56,046 nucleotides of DNA, taken from assembly GCA_947628845.1 (NCBI GenBank), contig CANRBK010000001.1:1-56046 (forward strand). Reading direction: 5' to 3'. Position 1 is the stretch's first letter. Each line of letters begins with the position of its first letter. Shown piece by piece: positions 37,497 to 45,038 of the stretch. A program made the position numbers and the translations under genes. The notes beneath the pieces are model-generated. The model was not told where the DNA came from, searched no databases, and was given only the letters and a program-made list of their open reading frames with translations. Source of the DNA: an uncultured Clostridia bacterium. GTDB taxonomy: Bacteria > Bacillota > Clostridia > TANB77 > CAG-508.

Positions 37497-38201
37497 TTAT
37501 TTTTTTAATGTTTCTATACAATTTGTAATAATATCTTTTGCAGTTGGGCAAGATTTGTTCTCTTTTCCATATGTTTTGCTAATATAAGTTCTATCTTCAG
37601 TATATCTCCACATAGATTTTATTGCTCTATTAATATTCCATTTGACTTTTTGATTGGTAGTATTAAATTGCGTTGCTACTAGTGAGTATAGGCTATTTTC
37701 CATTTTTAATAATAATTTTTCATTTTTATTTGCCTCTAGAATAGCTTTTATTAGATATTGAGTACCAGAAGCACTCATATTAAATTTCAGATCTTTAAAA
37801 ATTGTTATAATATTTTTTCTATATACATCTTCTTCTAAATCTATCGCAAGTCTGTTTACATAGTTAGTTAACAGAGATAAATCTTTTGTTTTTGAGAATA
37901 TGAAATCTATATTTTCTTTATTTGATATTTTATAGATATAGTCTGAATATCCAGAAACGATAATAATTCTAGAATTTATATCTTCTTTTTGAATTTTAGT
38001 AATAACTTCTATTCCATCCATCTTAGGCATATTTAAATCTAATATTACAATATCAGGTTTTAATTCTAAAATTGAGTTGTAAGTACTTAGTCCATCAGTA
38101 GTTATATCTACTATTTTTAAATTTTCATTTCCTCTAATTATACTATTAAATAAATACTTCAAAAAATGAGTATTGTCATCTGCAATTAATATATTAACCA
38201 T
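37497..38201 (-). CDS. Spo0A-like response regulator (receiver domain plus Spo0A_C-type DNA-binding domain)
   Basis: GAGGAG lies 6 nt before the ATG at 38201 (MVNILIADDN...), preferred over 38222. Receiver residues are DD, ILDLNMPKMDG and a conserved K. The C-terminus GTQYLIKAIL...LYSLVATQFNTTNQKVKWNINRAIKSMWRY...PTAKDIITNCIETL parallels Spo0A ([28 protein letters not shown]...PTNSEFI). Confidence 0.65.
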   Translation of the reverse strand: MVNILIADDNTHFLKYLFNSIIRGNENLKIVDITTDGLSTYNSILELKPDIVILDLNMPKMDGIEVITKIQKEDINSRIIIVSGYSDYIYKISNKENIDFIFSKTKDLSLLTNYVNRLAIDLEEDVYRKNIITIFKDLKFNMSASGTQYLIKAILEANKNEKLLLKMENSLYSLVATQFNTTNQKVKWNINRAIKSMWRYTEDRTYISKTYGKENKSCPTAKDIITNCIETLKK

Positions 38202-38489
38202 AATATTCTCCTCAAAAATCATATAATATCTTTTAATGTAAAATACCGATTAAAATCAAAAAGGTTTCAAAATTGTCTATTTTTGTCTATTTTTTTAAAA
38301 ATAATATTTAAAAGATGTATTATATACAATATATATCTTGATTTTCAAAATCAATTTAGTTAAATTTAAAAACTTTCTTAAGAAGGGAGGGGATGAATTA
38401 TTATTTGTCTAGAGAAAATTGCAGAAATAGATTAAATGTAATTTTTTTGATTTTGTAATATAAAAAGTTATATTGAAAGGGGAATAATT

Positions 38490-39392
38490 ATGAATATGAA
38501 AAAATTTTTCATTATTTTTGCACTTATAGTATTGTTACTTTTATTAACTTTTGGTTGTGTATTAGCATCTAAGGATACTAAGTCTTTTGAATATCAACAA
38601 TATGAAAATATAGTTGATACATATAGCATTTCTACAAGGGCATCACAACAAGATGTAATACAAAAAGGAAATGAAATACTTGATATATTAAATGCAAATT
38701 CGTTGGCTAGAACTGCAAATCCATCAAATGATGACTACACTGTTGAAAAAATTATAAAAGATAATAATTACAATACTCAAAGCTATTTATATACAAACAA
38801 TAAGAATTATGAGATTCAATTAGATACTACAGATTTAAGTTTAACAGGAATTAATTCATTAGATATAAATTATAATCTTTCTTCAGAAAATATAGACAAA
38901 GAATACGTGCAAGAATATATCAATAGTATTTACACAAATTTAAACTTAGATAGTAGCTACAAACTAGTATACTTAGAGAAATTTGATGGTGCATTATGGG
39001 AAGCAGACTATCAAAAAGAATATGATGGAATTTATAATCCATATGAAGCAGTTAAAATAATATTTTCACCTATTGAAAAAAAGATTGCTAGTCTAAAAGT
39101 TTTTAAAATGAAATATACTGCTAATCAACAAAATAATACTACTAAAGAGATGGCTAAATCAACTTTTAACACTAAATTTGCAAATACAAAAGCAAATAGT
39201 ATATCAGAACTTAAGACTGAAATTGTATTTATAAGACCCAATAATTTAGTGGATTCTAATAGAGATGATGGTTCAAAAGCATTATTTAATAATAACATAA
39301 AAAAAGCATGGAAAGTTACAAATAATGAAGGTCTTTCTTTATATATTGATATAGAATCTGGTGAAGTTATAGGAGGTGAGCAGTTAAGATGA
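38490..39392 (+). CDS. Secreted (possibly lipid-anchored) PepSY-like domain protein
   Basis: Signal peptide MKKFFIIFALIVLLLLLTFGC. The C-terminal segment KKAWKVTNNEGLSLYIDIESGEVIGGEQL resembles the PepSY signature (W-x-V...Y-(I/V)-D-x-x-(T/S)-G-E-(V/I)). Confidence 0.5.
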   Translation: MNMKKFFIIFALIVLLLLLTFGCVLASKDTKSFEYQQYENIVDTYSISTRASQQDVIQKGNEILDILNANSLARTANPSNDDYTVEKIIKDNNYNTQSYLYTNNKNYEIQLDTTDLSLTGINSLDINYNLSSENIDKEYVQEYINSIYTNLNLDSSYKLVYLEKFDGALWEADYQKEYDGIYNPYEAVKIIFSPIEKKIASLKVFKMKYTANQQNNTTKEMAKSTFNTKFANTKANSISELKTEIVFIRPNNLVDSNRDDGSKALFNNNIKKAWKVTNNEGLSLYIDIESGEVIGGEQLR

Positions 39393-40021
39393 GAAAACAT
39401 ATAAAAATGTTATTATTATTTTCTATATTATTATCTTTAATATCATTTTCTGGTAATAAAACTTATGCTGCTGAAGGAGCAAAGGCATTTGGAAACAGTG
39501 CTATTAGTACATATATAGACGATATGGATTTTGCCTATGGAGGGTTTAGAAAATTAGGATATAGTGCTTCTACTAGTACAGCATATTATAATAATGTAAT
39601 GAATTGGATTAATACAAGTAGTAACAACTATGGTTTCTATATTACTACACATGGTCCAAGCAATGCATCTGCTGCAGCTGGCACAAGTTTCTTTGTTACT
39701 CAAGAAGGAAATTATATTTATCCTAGTAATATAACTGGTAATTGGCATCTAGTATATATTGATGCTTGCAATAGTAAAAGATCTGATTCATTTGCGAATG
39801 CTTTTAGAATATCAGGGTATTCAAATAGAGCTTATCTAGGATGGGCAACAGAAGTTGGTATGTCATCTGCAAACCAATTTAATGATTATTTTTGGAATAC
39901 ATATGTAACCACTCGTTCAATTCAAGCTGCTGCCGTTGCAGCTGCTGGACAAGTTCCTGGCTCGGGAACTACTCCTATTAGATTTGCAGGAGATACTGGT
40001 TGGTATGGATATTCATCATAA
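39389..40021 (+). CDS. Small secreted clan-CD (gingipain C25 / caspase-fold-like) cysteine peptidase candidate
   Basis: The start ATG overlaps the upstream TGA (ATGA at 39389-39392). The signal peptide ends TYAAEG. The His-Gly and Ala-Cys dyad context is FYITTHGPS...(39 aa)...LVYIDACNSKRSDSFANAF, compared with gingipain NYTGHGS...FDVACVNGDF...FAEAL. Confidence 0.4.
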   Translation: MRKHIKMLLLFSILLSLISFSGNKTYAAEGAKAFGNSAISTYIDDMDFAYGGFRKLGYSASTSTAYYNNVMNWINTSSNNYGFYITTHGPSNASAAAGTSFFVTQEGNYIYPSNITGNWHLVYIDACNSKRSDSFANAFRISGYSNRAYLGWATEVGMSSANQFNDYFWNTYVTTRSIQAAAVAAAGQVPGSGTTPIRFAGDTGWYGYSS

Positions 40022-40042
40022 GAATAAATACCTATAAAACAA

Positions 40043-40068
40043 AGGGGCTGTAAAAAAGTCCCTTTTTA
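40043..40068 (+). terminator. Rho-independent terminator
   Basis: aggggct-gtaaaaa-agtccct hairpin (one G-U pair) followed by a T5 run. Confidence 0.55.
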
Positions 40069-40343
40069 TTAATATCTTATCTATTTTAAAATATAATTTT
40101 TATTACTATTTTTTTAAAAATTATAACATTAGTCTAAATAAAAAACAGCTTATTTTTCAAAAGAATAGACCATTATATTTAAGTTTCTTTATTTAATGTA
40201 TTATAACTAATATTAAAATCATCTTTAAAAAAATCTTTATAATTAGCCCCATACTTAGTATCTAAATTATATACAAGTGGAATTAACTCACGAAAATACA
40301 ATTTATAATATAATCCAAATTACATAAATTATTATTTTTTCAA

Positions 40344-41267
40344 CTAGCAATAATATTTTCTTTCTTTATCAATATATTTTTCCAAATCTATCACACAATA
40401 ATTGGCACCAGGTAGTTCTTTTCGTAATCTTGTTTCCAACTCTGTATTACAAATAATACATGCATTTTTAGTAGAATTCTCCCTTATAAAATATTTGAAT
40501 CTTGTAATTTTTTCAGTATCTATAAAATAAAACATATTAATAAATTTATCTTTATTATTTGTATATTCACAAAAACTATATTCAGATAAATAAGCTCCTT
40601 TATAGCATTTATCTATAACTTCTTTCCATCTTATACTATGTAAATATTTTAATTTTTCTCTATTAATAGCATTATCTTCAATTATTAATATTTGATTCAA
40701 CCCAAAAGCAAAATCATTCAAATTTATTCTATTTATATCATCTACTAAAATAATAATATTTTTGTATTTCATTTCTTTTTGTATATCATAAGCTACAGAT
40801 TCAATATATTTACTATCATACTCTTTAGGAATTTGATAAGCTAGGTATTCAAATCCGTTTATATTAAATATTCCTATAAATCTTCTACCTGTTGTTGTAA
40901 ATACTCTTTTATCTTTTATTGCAAATGATGGTATAAAATCGACTGTTTTACAATTATGATAAAAAGCAGCTATATTACTTAACCTTAATAATCTTTCTCT
41001 ATATTCTTGATTTTTATTTAATTTATTATATTCAAAGTTTAATAATTTTACATATTGGATTCCTGATCCACCCAATACTAACATCCACCTAATTTTTCTT
41101 AAGAAATCTTTATCTATTAAATTTTTAATTCTATTTCTATAATACCTACTACTATTGAAAAAATACTTTGCATCACTTACATTTAAATACTGATATTTTG
41201 CAATAAATTTTATCAAAGAAATCTCATCTTCATTTGTCGGAAAATAACTCACACTTATCACCTCCAA
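40344..41267 (-). CDS. Mobile-element protein, replication-relaxation-family-like (winged-helix N-terminus)
   Basis: The N-terminus EDEISLIKFIAKYQYLNVSDAKYFF...RNRIKNLIDKDFLRKI has the pattern of Replic_Relax-type proteins on Firmicutes plasmids and ICEs. No catalytic motif was recognised. Confidence 0.4.
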   Translation of the reverse strand: MEVISVSYFPTNEDEISLIKFIAKYQYLNVSDAKYFFNSSRYYRNRIKNLIDKDFLRKIRWMLVLGGSGIQYVKLLNFEYNKLNKNQEYRERLLRLSNIAAFYHNCKTVDFIPSFAIKDKRVFTTTGRRFIGIFNINGFEYLAYQIPKEYDSKYIESVAYDIQKEMKYKNIIILVDDINRINLNDFAFGLNQILIIEDNAINREKLKYLHSIRWKEVIDKCYKGAYLSEYSFCEYTNNKDKFINMFYFIDTEKITRFKYFIRENSTKNACIICNTELETRLRKELPGANYCVIDLEKYIDKERKYYC

Positions 41268-41480
41268 TACTAACTAATAATTTACCAATAAATTGTCCGT
41301 TGGTAAGATATTCGATAGCTACGCTATCAAATACTTACCTCCACTTCAAAAACTATATCATTAAAATCATAAAACACTTGAAATATAAGCATTTTCTTGT
41401 AATTTGAAATATGCCAAATTTCTTTAATAAAAAAAGTTAATTTTGCTACATTTTTTGTAACTATAAAATTCACATTTTTT

Positions 41481-42170
41481 TCATTTTGTACTACCATTTA
41501 TGATAGATTTTTTATAATAATTTAATAAATTATCTGGATTATTACTCAATGCTAAAAAATATAAATTTACTAAATTTTCTCTATTTACATTTTGAAGTAT
41601 AAATTGAAAATTGTTATTATATAAATCATACAAGACATATATGATATCTTTTATCATATTAATTTTATCTTCTTTCATATATTGAAGCATATAAGAATCA
41701 TAATTAAAATCTAATCTTTCAATTATTGCTAAAAATTCCTTTGGAATTTCGTTACTATTATTTATAATTAAATAAAATAAATCATCTATATTAGATTTTA
41801 TATTATTATCTTTAACAATTTTGTTAATACACTCTTTACTTTTTGGTATATAGGGGTATTGATTTTTTTGATAATAGGGTAGATCTACAATATAAATATT
41901 TCTTGATACTATTTCTTTGTTTTCATTTCTTATAACTTCTGTTTTTATATATCCAAGTTCTTGTAAATGTGAAATCCATCTACTAACTGAGACGGCTGTT
42001 ACATTATATAAATCTGCAAAGTATTTATTTTGAGCATAACAATAACCATTTTTATTGGCTAATGCTGTAATTTCTCCATATAATAACTTTTCGGCATATT
42101 TTAAATTAGTGTCATACCTAACTGTAGCAGGTATTATTGCATAATAATTTGGTTGTTCTTTTTTATTCAT
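41481..42170 (-). CDS. Helix-turn-helix (HTH_36-type) replication-initiator/replisome-organiser-like protein
   Basis: NYYAIIPATVRYDTNLKYAEKLLYGEITALANKNGYCYAQNKYFADLYNVTAVSVSRWISHLQELGYI. This N-terminal pattern is typical of phage and plasmid Rep-type HTH proteins. Confidence 0.55.
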   Translation of the reverse strand: MNKKEQPNYYAIIPATVRYDTNLKYAEKLLYGEITALANKNGYCYAQNKYFADLYNVTAVSVSRWISHLQELGYIKTEVIRNENKEIVSRNIYIVDLPYYQKNQYPYIPKSKECINKIVKDNNIKSNIDDLFYLIINNSNEIPKEFLAIIERLDFNYDSYMLQYMKEDKINMIKDIIYVLYDLYNNNFQFILQNVNRENLVNLYFLALSNNPDNLLNYYKKSIINGSTK

Positions 42171-42242
42171 ATATTATGCGCCTCCATATCTTTAAATTTT
42201 GCTGAAGGGCAAATTTATAAAGTATGAAAGTATTTATAAACG

Positions 42243-42278
42243 AAAAAAAGAGACTTTACTTTTTATAGTAAAATCTCT
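42243..42278 (-). terminator. Rho-independent terminator downstream of the element-borne tRNA-fMet
   Basis: On the minus strand, the agagattttact-ataaaa-agtaaagtctct hairpin is followed by a T7 run. Confidence 0.55.
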
Positions 42279-42330
42279 GTATTAAAAATTACACTTAAAG
42301 GGACATCCCTTTAGGTAAAAACTTCCGAAT

Positions 42331-42406
42331 TGGTTGCGGGAGAAGGACTCGAACCTTCGACCTTCGGGTTATGAGCCCGACGAGCTGCCAACTGCTCCAT
42401 CCCGCG
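42331..42406 (-). tRNA. tRNA-fMet (CAU), initiator type, complete, carried inside the element
   Basis: The reverse complement folds as CGCGGGA-TG-GAGC-AGTTGGCA-GCTC-G-TCGGG-CTCATAA-CCCGA-AGGTC-GAAGG-TTCGAGT-CCTTC-TCCCGCA-A-CCA (76 nt). The C1:A72 mismatch and three consecutive G:C pairs closing the anticodon stem are the bacterial initiator hallmarks. Confidence 0.9.
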
Positions 42407-42433
42407 ATGTTTCATTAAATATTGTGCTTTTTT

Positions 42434-42452
42434 TGTCCCTTTAATGTCCCTT
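42434..42452 (+). repeat. Second copy of the tandem arm-type repeat
   Basis: tgtccctttaatgtccctt is identical to 32783-32801. An inverted single copy, ttaaagggacat, lies at 42295-42306. Confidence 0.6.
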
Positions 42453-42595
42453 TATAATTTGATTTTTAATAATTTTTATTAAGTTTTAATAAGCTTAAAA
42501 GTTTTATTAAAGGTTTGAGCAAAATATATAATTTTCAACGTTTTTTTGTGTTATCAACGGTTTTGGACTTTAGCAATTCTTCGGTGCTACTCTGT

Positions 42596-42633
42596 TTATG
42601 AGCCCAACGAGCTGCCAACTGCTCCACCCCGCG
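42596..42633 (-). pseudogene. 5' half of the disrupted chromosomal tRNA-fMet gene
   Basis: The reverse complement reads CGCGGGG-TG-GAGC-AGTTGGCA-GCTC-G-TTGGG-CTCATAA and then diverges (ACAGAGTAGC...). Confidence 0.8.
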
Positions 42634-42732
42634 ATATTTGGACAATTTTTATTATATAACAAGATATACATATTTGTCAATAGTTTTTGAAAAAAATAAT
42701 GAAGAATATAAGAAAAAATATTTATAAATAAA

Positions 42733-42761
42733 TTGTCAAAAAAAAGTTGTTATGGTAAAAT
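42733..42761 (+). promoter_or_regulatory. Candidate promoter of the AAA+/VWA cassette
   Basis: TTGTCA (42733-42738), a 17-nt spacer, then the TG-extended -10 tggTAAAAT (42753-42761). Confidence 0.45.
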
Positions 42762-42803
42762 ATTTTTAGAGATAAGTCTTGAAGATTAAGGAGGGAAAAA
42801 AGT

Positions 42804-45038
42804 ATGAGTAATCTTACTTTTTTAACACAAGAGCAGTGTTTTGGAAGTGATAAATTAGATATATTACGAAAAAGAGGAACAGAGGCAGCAATAACAGATT
42901 TTTCTATTCTTTTAGGAGGATATGTTTCAGACTATCACATAGATGGTGATGATTCTTTAGAGAGTAGAACAGGTTATTATTGGACTAAATCAGATGACTG
43001 GGAAAACGACGCGCGCGTGGTTAACGCCGATGGTCGTAGATCTTGGAACGGTGTTCGTCTACGCAATGGTGGGGCGCGCCCAGCTTTACCGTTCTCATCA
43101 ATCTCTAGCATCCCCACGAACGGAGTGAGTGGGAAAAGAGCAAGAGATGGGATTCTTGAAGTAGAATATGGATACTATCCACAAAAAGCAGTATCAAAAG
43201 ATATGCAATTAAAATTAGAACAAGCATTTAAAAGTGGAAGATTATCAAGAACTGGAAAAGGATATACAACAGACTCAAAAAAAGATAATGATACTGATGA
43301 AAAATTTGAGCCAAAAAGACACTGGGAATATCAATATAACGGAAAAAGATATGTGAGAGTTGAAGCTAATTCAGTTTTTGGTGGAGGTGAATTTCAACTT
43401 TCAAATGGAGAAAAATATAGAGATGGAGATAATGTATGGGTAGAAGTATCTCCAGTAAAATGGTTAGTTGATGAAAAAGCAAGAATTATGCTAACAGAGA
43501 AATTGATTTTTGCAGGAGTTCAATTTAATCATACAAGAGATTATCATACAAGAGATTTTGACAAAACAGATATAAAAACATTTATGGATAAATATTTATC
43601 CAAAGAGTTAGAACAATCAAGAGGAACAATAAATTTAGGGGAACAACAAGAAGAAACAGAGGAAATAGAGGATACTGGAACTAGAAAATCAAGATTGCAA
43701 AAATTAAATCCAGATGATACGAAGCCTTCTTCAAGAACAAATATGACAGATACAGAAATAATACATAATTGGATAGAATCAGGAGAATCTGTATTGCTTC
43801 GAGGACCATCTGGAATAGGAAAAACAGAAAGAATAAAATCATTATACCCAGATTTAATATATATAAAATTAACAAATAATATGTTTCCAGAAAAAGTAGT
43901 GGGATCTGTTAATTTACAAACGGGGCAAAGCATACCACCAGACTTTGCTAAAACTGTAATTATGCAAGAAGCAACAGAAAAAGAAAGAAAATTAATTGAA
44001 GAAAATATACAAAGTATATACGATATAGCAGATATAGTTTATGAAAGATCAAAAGAAAGTAGAAAAAAAGTAGTAATATTGCTAGATGAGCTTTTAAATG
44101 TAAAACCAGCAGTTCAAAGTTTAGTATATACTTTAGTATTGAATAGAATGGTAGAGATAGGAAAAGGACTTAAACTACCAGATAATGTTGTGGTTGTTGC
44201 AACTGGAAATCAAAAAAAGTATTCAAGTGTAGCAGAGGATTTGGCAGAGCCATTAGAAAAAAGGTTTGACCATATACTAGATATGGAGCCAAAAGTTGGA
44301 GAATGGATAACAGAATATGCAATACCACATAAAATACATCCAGCAATAATAGGATATATGTTATCTAAATATAATAATTCTGGTAAAAGTGAGGATATAC
44401 AAGATATAGGTTATTTTTATGAGGAGCCAGAAGTAGGAGAAGAACATTTGGATAAAAATGGATGTAGAGGAAGGACAAATGATCCACGTGGATGGACTTC
44501 AATTTCAAACACACTTTACAATTTTGAAAGAAATTTAGAAGCAGGTAAATATAAAGGAAGAAATGTGGAAGATATAATTCAGAGGTCAATAGAGTCTAAA
44601 CTTCGTATGGAATGGGCAAGTGAATTTTTTGATTTTTATAATCTTCCAACATTAACTCCAGAAGAAGTAGTAAAAGGAATGGGTAAAGGATATACACAAG
44701 CAGATTTACCAAGAGATATAAGCGAGAGATTTGCATATATGACAGCATTGATAACAGCAGATAAAAAACAAGTAGAGGCCTGTAGAGAATTTATAAGAAA
44801 ACATTGTGATTCAGAATATCTTTCAATTTATGACATATATTGGGCAGGAAATGATGAAAGAAAAATGGAAAGAATATCAGAGTTACAAGAAATGACATTA
44901 TCTTTACATATAGCAGATGAGTCAAAACAATATGCTGAAGAAGGAGCTAAAGCTTATACTAAGATAGGTCAAATGTATAGTAGATATTTAGCAAGAAAAA
45001 ACACTAAAAAAAGAGGTGAAAATAATGAAAGAAGTTGA
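42804..45038 (+). CDS. Cytoplasmic fusion of a DUF6273-like (W-x-x-S...G-x-RPAL) N-terminal domain and a MoxR/AAA_5-type ATPase
   Basis: GGAGGG RBS and no signal peptide. The N-terminus contains EAAITDFSILLGGYV...YYWTKSDDWENDARVVNADG...GARPALPF and VWVEVSPVKWLVDEKARIMLTEKLIF. Walker A is GPSGIGKT (43803-43826). Walker B is VVILLDEL. Sensor-1 is VVVVATGN. LEKRFDHI follows. Confidence 0.75.
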   Translation: MSNLTFLTQEQCFGSDKLDILRKRGTEAAITDFSILLGGYVSDYHIDGDDSLESRTGYYWTKSDDWENDARVVNADGRRSWNGVRLRNGGARPALPFSSISSIPTNGVSGKRARDGILEVEYGYYPQKAVSKDMQLKLEQAFKSGRLSRTGKGYTTDSKKDNDTDEKFEPKRHWEYQYNGKRYVRVEANSVFGGGEFQLSNGEKYRDGDNVWVEVSPVKWLVDEKARIMLTEKLIFAGVQFNHTRDYHTRDFDKTDIKTFMDKYLSKELEQSRGTINLGEQQEETEEIEDTGTRKSRLQKLNPDDTKPSSRTNMTDTEIIHNWIESGESVLLRGPSGIGKTERIKSLYPDLIYIKLTNNMFPEKVVGSVNLQTGQSIPPDFAKTVIMQEATEKERKLIEENIQSIYDIADIVYERSKESRKKVVILLDELLNVKPAVQSLVYTLVLNRMVEIGKGLKLPDNVVVVATGNQKKYSSVAEDLAEPLEKRFDHILDMEPKVGEWITEYAIPHKIHPAIIGYMLSKYNNSGKSEDIQDIGYFYEEPEVGEEHLDKNGCRGRTNDPRGWTSISNTLYNFERNLEAGKYKGRNVEDIIQRSIESKLRMEWASEFFDFYNLPTLTPEEVVKGMGKGYTQADLPRDISERFAYMTALITADKKQVEACREFIRKHCDSEYLSIYDIYWAGNDERKMERISELQEMTLSLHIADESKQYAEEGAKAYTKIGQMYSRYLARKNTKKRGENNERS

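Larger units (their letters stand above)
32669..42605. mobile_element. ~9.9-kb integrative element (tyrosine integrase, excisionase-like gene, replication-type genes, own tRNA-fMet) bounded by the 10-bp direct repeat TTATGAGCCC
   Basis: TTATGAGCCC occurs at 32669-32678 and 42596-42605. Outside these repeats lie the two complementary halves of one tRNA gene. Integrase and xis-like genes sit at the left end, and arm-type repeats lie near both ends. Confidence 0.75.

Noticed and set aside
37303-37551. An 82-aa minus-strand ORF between the sigma-fusion gene and the Spo0A-like gene.
   Set aside because: It overlaps the 3' end of the response-regulator gene by 55 nt in another frame and covers the T9-containing convergent terminator region. 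It has no RBS and a basic low-complexity product.
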